Positions 1 through 8,160 of a stretch of 19,441 nt of DNA are shown here, one piece after another. This stretch comes from an uncultured bacterium (GTDB taxonomy: Bacteria > CSSED10-310 > CAZUFC01): positions 1 to 19,441 of the forward strand of contig CAZUFC010000141.1 of the NCBI GenBank assembly GCA_964619725.1, given 5' to 3'. A program made the translations under genes and the position numbers. A model generated the notes under the pieces. That model did no database searches. It was not told where the DNA came from and saw nothing but the letters and a program-made list of their open reading frames with translations. Within the stretch, counting starts at the first letter, position 1; each line of letters begins with the position of its first letter.

Positions 1-582
1 GGTCTGTGTCGCTCCAGTAATTCCTGTAATAAATGACTTCGCCGTCCCCGTTTCCAGTAAGTAAGTTCCTGCGCCGTTGATCGTGTTGAACGCTATGATA
101 GACTTGGAATTCAACGAATAAACCGCCTCGCGGCTGTTAGATCGCGGACTCTGCATCGTGTTGCTCGTAATAGTGACGGAACTGTCGACCAGTCTTACCG
201 CAAAATCATCCCAATTGACGATTATAAAACCGTCCATTACGGCATCATTGATCTCTTCCGCAGAAACTGCCGGCGCCTTCTCCGGAGTGCCGTCGATAAT
301 CGTCGGGTTGGCATCGATGTCGCGAGTCCATCCATCCGCCTCATATCCGCCCTCCAATACGACTCCTTCAACTAATGAAATCGTCTCAAAATAAGTCCCT
401 TCTGCCACCTGAACGACGTCTCCAGGACTCGCTGCAGCCAAGGCATCATTGATCGTCACATAATCACCGCCGCCGGCGGCATCCACGCGTATGACTTCCG
501 CCTGACACTGAAAAGCGCTCGCAAATAATGCAATCAACATCACGCACATAAAATTCATTAAAAAAATTAATGCTCTCTGCAT
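1..582 (-). CDS. Secreted right-handed parallel beta-helix (pectin-lyase-fold, DUF1565-like) protein, N-terminal part; runs off the window edge
   Basis: Absent from the ORF track because there is no stop in the window. Manual translation from ATG at 582 is open to base 1: MQRALIFLMNFMCVMLIALFASAFQCQA-EVIRVDAAGGGDYVTINDALAAASPGDVVQVAEGTYFETISLVEGVVLEGGY...TIIDG. This gives a signal peptide followed by the typical 'DY.TI.DAL.AA.PGD.V.VAEGTY.E' beta-helix cap motif. GGAGG lies just upstream. Confidence 0.85.
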   Translation of the reverse strand, partial: MQRALIFLMNFMCVMLIALFASAFQCQAEVIRVDAAGGGDYVTINDALAAASPGDVVQVAEGTYFETISLVEGVVLEGGYEADGWTRDIDANPTIIDGTPEKAPAVSAEEINDAVMDGFIIVNWDDFAVRLVDSSVTITSNTMQSPRSNSREAVYSLNSKSIIAFNTINGAGTYLLETGTAKSFITGITGATQT

Positions 583-882
583 CAGCCTCCGCCTGTCATG
601 ATGATCTCGTAACCGGATATTCCTCCCCCGGTAACGATGGCGATTTAAACTGTATCACTTGAATCTCATTGAATTATTTTTCCGGGAAAGCTCTCCCTTG
701 CTCTCAGAAAACTTCCTCTTATTACTATTATTGTTATTGTTTACAGCGAAGTCAAAAAATTCAAAAAACAATTTACATTTGGAGATGAAAGGTATAAATA
801 ACCATTGCCTGCATTTGCCGGTCTAAACGCCGCTACACGAAAAAAAATCTTCTGCAGGTTGAGCTTGAAAAATATCGCCGTC

Positions 883-1938
883 ATGAGTTATATCAAAAGA
901 CAAAAGGATAAATCCCAAGGGAAAACGACTCGCCTTTTGACGATACTTATCGTTGTTTACTGCTCCTGTCTTTATCTTTGGGCAGGTTCAAGATTCATTT
1001 TTGAAGACCGGTGGTGGCAACTTATTCAATTGAACTCGTTCGCCGTTTACCTGTTTTTGCCTTTGCCCCTCGTTATTATTTTCGCCCTTGTCCATCGAAG
1101 ATTTTCGGCGTGCGTCTCTGCAGCGCTCTCTGCAGCGCTCTGGTTATGGTTTTTCGGTCGCCTTTTCGTTCCTGTATTTCCCCCTGCTGAAGCGGGAAAC
1201 AGCGGCGCGAGCGTGAAAGTGATGACTTACAATATATTGGGTTATAATTCAGAAGGATGTAAGATTGCGGATTCCATAAAGAAAAGCGGCGCGGACATAG
1301 TGTTTCTTCAGGAGCTGAATCCGACGGCAGCCGCAGTTATTGAACAGGAATTAGACAGTTTGTACCCCTATCGAAAACTCGATCCTCAGCCGGGAGTAAC
1401 GGGAAAAGGAACATTCAGCCGTTATCGGCTTAATTCATCAAGGTATGAGCTGACGGGACACTGGGTGGGAAAAACGCAGGTGATGAAGGTTGATTCCGGC
1501 GTTTTTACTTTTTATGCGGTCAATTTTCATGCTTATACCGCCGGCGGCGTCAGACTGATCGAGCAGACCGAAACTTACAGAAAACAGGCGGCGCATGAAC
1601 TGGTTGAACTCTGTCTTAAAATCGATGGACCTGTAATAGCAGGAGGCGACCTTAATTCAGCTCCGCTCAGCATGCCGTACAGGATCATCACTAATGAACT
1701 GAATGATGCGTGGATGGAGGCGGGTTGGGGATTCGGTCACACGTTTCCCGGGGCTTATTCCACGGGCAGTTCGAAACCGAGATTCTTCGGTTTGCCGATC
1801 CCGAAATGGCTTGTCAGGATCGATTACATTTTTCATTCGGACCATTTCAAGGCCCGAAACGCTGAAACCGGGCCCTGGTGCGGATTTTCCGACCATCGGC
1901 CGGTGACGGCAGCTTTATCTAGAAAAAGCGACGTGTAG
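883..1938 (+). CDS. Membrane-anchored endonuclease/exonuclease/phosphatase (EEP) family protein
   Basis: About three N-terminal hydrophobic segments, then EEP motifs VMTYNI, DIVFLQE, GGDLNS, RIDYIF and SDHRPV. The ORF is open from TTG at 805; ATG at 883 was chosen as the more likely start. Confidence 0.88.
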   Translation: MSYIKRQKDKSQGKTTRLLTILIVVYCSCLYLWAGSRFIFEDRWWQLIQLNSFAVYLFLPLPLVIIFALVHRRFSACVSAALSAALWLWFFGRLFVPVFPPAEAGNSGASVKVMTYNILGYNSEGCKIADSIKKSGADIVFLQELNPTAAAVIEQELDSLYPYRKLDPQPGVTGKGTFSRYRLNSSRYELTGHWVGKTQVMKVDSGVFTFYAVNFHAYTAGGVRLIEQTETYRKQAAHELVELCLKIDGPVIAGGDLNSAPLSMPYRIITNELNDAWMEAGWGFGHTFPGAYSTGSSKPRFFGLPIPKWLVRIDYIFHSDHFKARNAETGPWCGFSDHRPVTAALSRKSDV

Positions 1939-2157
1939 AGGACATCTTATGCTCAATCTGCGCTGTTATTGTCGATATGTTGACAATTCCCGGATGTTAT
2001 GGTGTCATCACTTCGTGAAACATTGCGCTAATGTGTAATGCGCAAACGCCCGTAATTTCGGGGATATTTCTGGAAGGAGGACTTCAGGTTTATCTCAGTT
2101 GCTGACGCGATTTATTCAGAAAGGCAACTATAACGATTTGAAAGGTTTTGTGTTCTC

Positions 2158-3474
2158 ATGAAGCGGAAATATTTTGCATTTTACGCTATTCTGTCATTGA
2201 TCGGAATCATCTACAACGGCGACTCCAAAGCTGTATGGAATGATGAGGCCGTTGTGCAAAAAGGGAATCCAAACATCGTAATATTAGTAGTGGATACTTT
2301 GCGGGCCGACCATCTGCCCTTTTACGGATATACGCTCAAAACAACGCCGTTTCTCGCCAAGCTGGCTTCTCAGTCTATCATTTTCGATAATGCCTATTCC
2401 GCTTCTTCCTGGACCCCTCCCTCCACAGCTTCCATTTTTACTTCGCTTTATCCGTTTCAGCATAAAGTAGTCATGGCGCTTCAGGATTCCGTAGAAGTTA
2501 AAATAGCTTTAAACCGCATTCCGGAGCGTCTGGAGACTATCGCTGAATTTCTTAAAAAACAGGATTATAAGACCTATGCGGCAACGGATAATATCAACAT
2601 CTGCAAGGATGAAGGATTTGACCAGGGATTCGATATGTTCGTGAATCATGATTACGATACGGCGGAAGTCGTTAATGGTCATGTGAAAGAGTGGGCGGAG
2701 GACATAAAGAATCAGGAAAAATACTTTTTGTACCTGCACTATAACGACCCTCATCATCCTCTTAACAAACGCGAACCCTGGTACGAAAAGAAAGAGGACA
2801 GCAAGGAAAATTACATTTCAATGTATGACAGCGAAATCAGTTACGCTGATGCACATATATCTGAATTGTATGACTTACTCTCGTGGGATAAGAATACTCT
2901 TGTCATCTTTACGGCGGACCACGGCGAAGAGCTATGGGACCATGACGATATGGGACATGGCTACACGCTTTATAACGAAGTGACCCGGGTGCCTTTGTTC
3001 GTTTATTTTCCGGAAGATCAGCGAAAGACCGGCCGCATCCAACACAACGTGAGCACAATGGATATTTTTCCCACTATCCGGGCGTATCTGGGGCTTGAAC
3101 CGGACCCTGATCATGAAGGCGTTTCATTGCTGCCCTTAATGAAGAATCCCGAATCCGTGAAAAATGAAAGACATATATTTTCACACCTCGACCGCAAACA
3201 TAAAACCCGCGGCGATATGCTAGCCCGTTCAACGGTTTACAGGAACTGGAAATGGTATCGCATGGAACCTCATGAAGGAGCGTTGTTCAATCTGGAAAAT
3301 GACCCCGGTGAGAAAACCGATGTCTCAAAAGAAAACCCGGCAATAACCGCCGACCTGGCCGGCAAGTATAGGACTTTTGAAAAGAACTGCGTTAAATACG
3401 ACAGAGAAACAGTCGATTACTACCTGGATGAAAAAACCAAGGCGTCGCTAAGAGCGCTGGGTTATACTCAGTAG
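2158..3474 (+). CDS. Exported sulfatase-like hydrolase/transferase (alkaline phosphatase superfamily)
   Basis: N-terminal signal/anchor, then PNIVILVVDTLRADH, SSWTPPSTASIFTSLYP, YLHYNDPHHP, YDSEISYAD, TADHGEE, GHGYTLY, LFNLENDPGEK and C-terminal LRALGY. Confidence 0.9.
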   Translation: MKRKYFAFYAILSLIGIIYNGDSKAVWNDEAVVQKGNPNIVILVVDTLRADHLPFYGYTLKTTPFLAKLASQSIIFDNAYSASSWTPPSTASIFTSLYPFQHKVVMALQDSVEVKIALNRIPERLETIAEFLKKQDYKTYAATDNINICKDEGFDQGFDMFVNHDYDTAEVVNGHVKEWAEDIKNQEKYFLYLHYNDPHHPLNKREPWYEKKEDSKENYISMYDSEISYADAHISELYDLLSWDKNTLVIFTADHGEELWDHDDMGHGYTLYNEVTRVPLFVYFPEDQRKTGRIQHNVSTMDIFPTIRAYLGLEPDPDHEGVSLLPLMKNPESVKNERHIFSHLDRKHKTRGDMLARSTVYRNWKWYRMEPHEGALFNLENDPGEKTDVSKENPAITADLAGKYRTFEKNCVKYDRETVDYYLDEKTKASLRALGYTQ

Positions 3475-3516
3475 GTTCTCACCCGCCGGCCCCTTCTCCA
3501 ACAATAGATTACCCCC

Positions 3517-3723
3517 CCCAAAAAGCCCAACAAAAACCCGGTCTTATTACCCCGCCGGGCAGTACAGGCTAAACCACCCAAAAGCCCAACAAAAACTCAA
3601 TTTTATTACCCCGCCGGGCAGTACAGGCTAAGCCACCCAAAAGCCCAACAAAAACTCAATCTTATTACCCCGCCGGGCAGTACAGGCTAAGCCACCCAAA
3701 AGCCCAACAAAAACCCAATCTTA
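3517..3723. repeat. Tandem array of a 59-bp unit, about 3.5 copies
   Basis: Unit CCCAAAAGCCCAACAAAAACTCAATCTTATTACCCCGCCGGGCAGTACAGGCTAAGCCA starts at about 3517, 3577, 3636 and 3695 (partial). Copies differ by a few substitutions and have no unique spacers. Confidence 0.95.
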
Positions 3724-3765
3724 CTCCCCCTCTCCAGCAATGGAGAGGGGGCCGGGGGGTGAGGT
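3712..3765. repeat. REP-like palindromic element, copy 1
   Basis: Hairpin CCCCCTCTCCA-gcaa-TGGAGAGGGGG followed by CCGGGGGGTGAGG. It matches 13667-13720 at 51/54 positions, with differences only in the loop. Confidence 0.9.
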
Positions 3766-4221
3766 TAAGAAAGCAATAATCTCACCGGCCGTTTCTTCCG
3801 CCGAACCCTCACTCGTATCGAACAGTAAATCAGCTTCGACATCCCGGAAAGAATCAGCCTGGCGATCGATCATTTGAGCCAAAGGCTGCGGAAGCTCCCG
3901 TTTTATACGTTCGGCAAACCTTTGCTTGAGACGGTCGGGATGCGCGGTGAATTTAACTTTCAAAATGTTCCCGGTAAGATGATCGTTTTTTTGCAGCAAA
4001 GCGGCTTCAGTTATCACATGGATAACCGATTCCGGACCCAATGATCTTACGTTTGCGGCTTTAACCAGCAGCGATGTAAATTTTTTCCAGGCTTCCTGTT
4101 CATTTTTGGCCAGTCTCAGATAATCTTTGCCTGTGTATACCGCCGCGCCGCTCCTGTTCGCTATTATGTCCGCAACGCTCGATTTGCCGGAACAACTGGG
4201 ACCGAAAAATATCAGCAGCAT
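3721..4221 (-). CDS. Small P-loop kinase (nucleoside monophosphate/shikimate/gluconate kinase-like)
   Basis: N-terminal Walker A motif GPSCSGKS, lid-like LKQRFAER and C-terminal LFDTS...EETAGEI. It starts 4 nt after the ATP-grasp gene stop. Confidence 0.8.
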   Translation of the reverse strand: MLLIFFGPSCSGKSSVADIIANRSGAAVYTGKDYLRLAKNEQEAWKKFTSLLVKAANVRSLGPESVIHVITEAALLQKNDHLTGNILKVKFTAHPDRLKQRFAERIKRELPQPLAQMIDRQADSFRDVEADLLFDTSEGSAEETAGEIIAFLTSPPGPLSIAGEGE

Positions 4222-4225
4222 CTTA

Positions 4226-5584
4226 TTACTTTATGTAACAAATGGGAATTAATCCTCCGCCCTGGTGGATATTGATGATGGCGCCTTCGGAAATCCTGAC
4301 GAATCCGCCTCCGAACTGTCCGTCAAAAGCGAAAAAATTTATATTGACGTTTTTCGGCTTCCACGTCAGATCAGGCTCCAGAGAAGGAAAAGTCTCGCTT
4401 GGAATATCCAGAAGTTCCTGAACGACCCAGCTCTCATTCTGAGTCGCTTCCACCACCTTGTCCCAATGGTTCTGGTCGACCTCTGTGCCTATCGTCACGT
4501 TGTATCCGCCGTACCCGCCGTTCGGCTTCAGAACGAACATGTCCTTGTGACTCCTGACGTATTCCCGCAGATCAATCGTCTCGCCCTTATACAGCGTCTT
4601 TTCATCCTTCATGAAACGAGTCCACGGAATGGATTCTCTGATGGTTTTCACCTCTTCTCTGGTAAATAAATGCTGGGTTTTCTCATCCGTCATGAACCAC
4701 AGAACGCACTTCAATCCGCCCACACGGCTGGCGAATGGATTAATGAAACATACTTTGCCGTCCTTCAACGCATTCATCACCGGCTGCACGTCGTCCATGT
4801 AATCCGTGAAATCCTGGATCGCATCGCGATAAATCAACCCTATAGGCGTTCCGTTCAACGTCAAACGCTCTCCGTCATATTCAAAATCGCGCGGGTCAGC
4901 AAAAATCGCCTGGTGACCTTCCTTTTCGTTGATGTGCTCCACGATCAGATCGACATCATACCGGATCGTCGAATCACGCTTGCACACGATCGCAAAAGGT
5001 ATATCCTCCGGATTCCCGAATTGACGGTTCTTGGCCTTCAACATCTGAAAAAAAGGCGGCAGCAATGCCCTGAATTCAGCCGTAAATTTGCCCTGCAACT
5101 CCCTGATCACCGGCAATTCCCTGAATAATCCTATCAACTGGTCATGCCAGCCCATTCCCGACGGACTGTCGCAGTTGAACTCCAAAAACTTCACCGATCC
5201 GTCGTCATATACGAATGCATCCAATCGCGCCTGTATCTCCCGACGGGGATAACGCGGGTCTATCTTCGCCAACTCCTTGTCCAACGGGTCCATCTCAAAG
5301 TATTTCTCATACTCGGGATTCTCAAAATACAACTCCACGACCTTTTCCAACGCACTCATCACATTGTTCGTCGTCTTTACCAGATAATCCATAGTACTCC
5401 GATGCACGAAAAGCGGCCTTAAAAACGTCGGAAAAGGCTTGCCCTGCATCGTGAAGTTCTTCTTCAACATCTTTTCATTCATTTCAGCCATCTGTGCCGC
5501 CGCATCCGGGCCTCGCTCACCTGCCGAGTCGAGCAGCTTCCTGAATTCGCCGTCTACTTTTTTCAATAAATTCTCATCGTTCAT
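4226..5584 (-). CDS. Circularly permuted type 2 ATP-grasp / glutathionylspermidine-synthase-like peptide ligase
   Basis: Motifs ARLDAF, KFLEFNCDSPSGMGW, VLKPNGGYGGYNVTIG, WVVQE and GGFVRIS...IINIHQGGG. ATG at 5584 is preceded by GGGAGG; the ORF is open from 5605. Confidence 0.82.
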   Translation of the reverse strand: MNDENLLKKVDGEFRKLLDSAGERGPDAAAQMAEMNEKMLKKNFTMQGKPFPTFLRPLFVHRSTMDYLVKTTNNVMSALEKVVELYFENPEYEKYFEMDPLDKELAKIDPRYPRREIQARLDAFVYDDGSVKFLEFNCDSPSGMGWHDQLIGLFRELPVIRELQGKFTAEFRALLPPFFQMLKAKNRQFGNPEDIPFAIVCKRDSTIRYDVDLIVEHINEKEGHQAIFADPRDFEYDGERLTLNGTPIGLIYRDAIQDFTDYMDDVQPVMNALKDGKVCFINPFASRVGGLKCVLWFMTDEKTQHLFTREEVKTIRESIPWTRFMKDEKTLYKGETIDLREYVRSHKDMFVLKPNGGYGGYNVTIGTEVDQNHWDKVVEATQNESWVVQELLDIPSETFPSLEPDLTWKPKNVNINFFAFDGQFGGGFVRISEGAIINIHQGGGLIPICYIK

Positions 5585-5685
5585 AGTTTCCTCCCTTTTC
5601 AGCAACGGCGTATGTTACCAATTGCCGACCGTAAGTCAAGCATCTTTTTTTCCGGTCGCCCCCACCCCTCCGATTCATTGGAAAT

Positions 5686-5741
5686 CAGTCCATACTTCTC
5701 ATGCAAAATCGCAACAGCTTTTGTATGAAAAATCCGGGTTA
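5686..5741. repeat. Short degenerate copy of the MITE ends found at 13470-13652
   Basis: TTTTGTATGAAAAATCCGGGTTA (5719-5741) is 1 mismatch from the reverse complement of 13470-13492. 5686-5710 matches the opposite end at about 19/25. Confidence 0.7.
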
Positions 5742-5962
5742 CACCTGTGATGATGCCGGAAACGCATGAAAAACAATTCTCTTGTATGACGCTGCCGAAC
5801 ACACGCTCTTTCCTCAACACCAAAAATCAGACAAAAATAATACAAAAGTTAAATTTATTATAATTATTTTAAAATAAACAATTTTAAAGTCCCTAAAGCC
5901 TCAAAAAAACATTAATGACAAGCAAAAATTTCAATTTTTTCCAAAAAATGTTAAATTTAATC

Positions 5963-5991
5963 TTGACAAAATTTAGACAAAGAATTAAATT
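5963..5991 (+). promoter_or_regulatory. Putative sigma70 promoter for the DUF4397-like gene
   Basis: TTGACA, 17-nt spacer, TAAATT, in an AT-rich region about 60 nt upstream of the AAGGAG ribosome-binding site and ATG 6053. Confidence 0.5.
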
Positions 5992-6052
5992 AAGAAATGA
6001 AGCTGGTGAGGAAGGCCGGCAGAAACTTTCATTTTAACAAGGAGAAGGAAAA

Positions 6053-7822
6053 ATGAAACGGTCAGGACAAAACAAAGGATATTTCGGAAGTGTAAGGAGC
6101 GTGTCGATATTAGCGGCGGCGTTGGTGATCATGGGGATAAGCGGATACAACGCCGAAGGTTACAGGGGAGAGTATGGAGGATATTTGCCGGATGATTTTG
6201 CGAACATAAGGGTATTACATTTATCTCCTGATGCTCCCGACGTAGACATCTGGGTAAACGAATCGATCCAGGCGGTAACCGATCTGCAGTTTCCGCAGGG
6301 CACGGAATATCTGGAACTGGAAGCGGGGACGTACACGTTTGATGTAGTTCCGACGGGGCAGCCGGTAGATCAGAGCGTATTGACGATACCGGACCTTCCG
6401 TTGTCAGCGGGTGAGTATTACACGGCGGTTGCTTATGATTTTCTGAGTTCCATCAGTCCATTGGCGCTGGTAGATGATCTAAGCATGGTTGGTTCGGACA
6501 TGATTCGAGTGAGAGCGATTCACACGGCGTCGGGAGTGGGTGAGGTTGACATATGGTTATTGCCTGAGATGGGCGATCCGGTTCCATTATGGGTTGATGT
6601 AGGTTTCGGGGATGTCGGGGAATATGTAGAAACTTCGGCGTCTGCTTTTGTAATAGGATTTGACTTAGACGATGATGCGGTTCCGGATTTAATTTTCGAC
6701 GTGCCGGCGTTGCCCGAAGACACAGTGGCTAATGTATTTGCGGTAAAGGATGATATGGGAGATGTTTTTTTGATAGCGCAGCTTGAGGATGGAACTACGG
6801 TGAAGCTGGAACCTCGTCCCGAACCGGCCGGCATAAGGGTCATTCACTTGTCGCCTGACGCTCCGGCAGTGGACGTATGGGTAAACGATTCGATTTTAGC
6901 GGTAGAGGACCTGTCATTCAAAGAAGGAACGGAATATCTGGAATTAGATGCGGGAACATATTCATTTGACGTATCGCCGGCGGGCACGAATCCGGAAAGC
7001 AGCGTGCTGGCGATTGACGACCTTCCTTTGGAAGCGGGCATGGATTATACGGCGGTGGCCTATGATTTTCTGAGCGGAATAAGCGCTCTGGCTCTTGTAG
7101 ACGACAACAGCGAGACGGCTCATGGTTCTATAAGGGTGAGGGCGATTCATACGGCTTCAGGGGTAGGAGAAGTCGATATATGGTTAATACCCGAAATGGG
7201 CGATCCGGCGCCGTTGTGGGAGAATCTAGGATACGGCGAAGTGGGCGAATATCTGGAGACGGCTGCAGAAGCTTTCACGATAGGATTCGACGTTGACGAC
7301 GACGCTGTTCCGGACCTCATTTACGACGTGCCGGCATTGCCTTCGGGAACGGTGGCCAATGTTTTCGCTGTCAGGGACGGCGAGGGAGACGTATTTCTGA
7401 TAGCGCAGCTTCCTGACGGAACGACGGCGGAAATAGGGGCTGTAACATGTGATCAGTTCGGCGTGGACCTGACCATTCCTACAAACTACGTATCGCCGGG
7501 TAACGCATTTTATGTCCTGGCCGATATATGCAATCCGGGCGCTCCCCAGATGGATGCCCCGTTTTTCGCTCTGTTGGATATCGGAACGGGCGACTACTGG
7601 TTTTACCCGTCCTGGGTAATGTACCCTTCGGTTGATTATGAGATGCTCGATCTGCCGACTGGTTTGACTTCGGTCGATGTTTTGCCTGAGTTCACCTGGC
7701 CGGATACGGACTCAGAATCCTTCAGCGACATTCACATTTTCGGCGCCATACTCAGTCAGGACCTCACGTCCATCGTAGGAGAATACGACGTCGTAGCGTT
7801 TGGTTATGGTCCCGCCATGTAA
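6053..7822 (+). CDS. Secreted acidic protein with two tandem DUF4397-like units and a separate C-terminal domain of about 125 aa
   Basis: Signal-peptide-like N-terminus. The motif IRV(L/I)HLSPDAP.VD.WVN occurs twice, as does IRVRAIHTASGVGEVDIW, with a 209-aa period. Good ribosome-binding site. Confidence 0.88.
   Translation: MKRSGQNKGYFGSVRSVSILAAALVIMGISGYNAEGYRGEYGGYLPDDFANIRVLHLSPDAPDVDIWVNESIQAVTDLQFPQGTEYLELEAGTYTFDVVPTGQPVDQSVLTIPDLPLSAGEYYTAVAYDFLSSISPLALVDDLSMVGSDMIRVRAIHTASGVGEVDIWLLPEMGDPVPLWVDVGFGDVGEYVETSASAFVIGFDLDDDAVPDLIFDVPALPEDTVANVFAVKDDMGDVFLIAQLEDGTTVKLEPRPEPAGIRVIHLSPDAPAVDVWVNDSILAVEDLSFKEGTEYLELDAGTYSFDVSPAGTNPESSVLAIDDLPLEAGMDYTAVAYDFLSGISALALVDDNSETAHGSIRVRAIHTASGVGEVDIWLIPEMGDPAPLWENLGYGEVGEYLETAAEAFTIGFDVDDDAVPDLIYDVPALPSGTVANVFAVRDGEGDVFLIAQLPDGTTAEIGAVTCDQFGVDLTIPTNYVSPGNAFYVLADICNPGAPQMDAPFFALLDIGTGDYWFYPSWVMYPSVDYEMLDLPTGLTSVDVLPEFTWPDTDSESFSDIHIFGAILSQDLTSIVGEYDVVAFGYGPAM
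6206..7426 (+). repeat. Intragenic direct duplication, 627-bp period (6206-6799 vs 6833-7426)
   Basis: The two units align without gaps in protein and remain clearly similar in DNA, e.g. ACGGAATATCTGGAA and GCGATTCA(C/T)ACGGC in both. Confidence 0.9.
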
Positions 7823-7861
7823 GGCGGTGTAATTGAAACAAAAAGAAAGGTCTCAACCCCG

Positions 7862-7894
7862 GCCGGCGAATCATTCGATTCGCCGGCTTTTTTT
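7862..7894 (+). terminator. Rho-independent terminator
   Basis: Perfect 11-bp stem GCCGGCGAATC-attc-GATTCGCCGGC followed by T7, 40 nt after the stop at 7822. Confidence 0.92.
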
Positions 7895-7956
7895 GTGCGG
7901 TTTGAAAGAGGGCAGATACTGGATAAATCCGCAGTGCGGCCCCTATTAGGAAAAAT

Positions 7957-8136
7957 GGAACTGATCAAACCGTGGTTACGCTTTTTCCAAAATATTTGAA
8001 AGTTTGTTTCGGGGTCGGGATCGAAACAAAATAATTACAGGGAAATATGTCTTGTCCTGATCATCTTTTAAAAGCTTCTTAATTATTCAATGCAGCAAAA
8101 ATTGTAACCTCGAAACACGGATATCTGATCAGCGCC
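7957..8136 (+). mobile_element. MITE-like dispersed repeat of the 'CTGATCA' family, copy A
   Basis: Starts GGAACTGATCAAACCGTGGTTACGCTTTTTCC and ends AATTGTAACC...TGATCAGCGCC, an imperfect inverted end. Both ends are homologous to 9227-9373. Confidence 0.65.
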
Positions 8137-8160
8137 GCAAAAATTCCCCGTTTACGAACA

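Noticed and set aside
158-394. 78-aa plus-strand ORF
   Set aside because: It is antisense to the beta-helix gene at 1-582.
3517-3723. CRISPR array
   Set aside because: The whole 59-bp unit repeats with no unique spacers, and there are no cas genes in the window.
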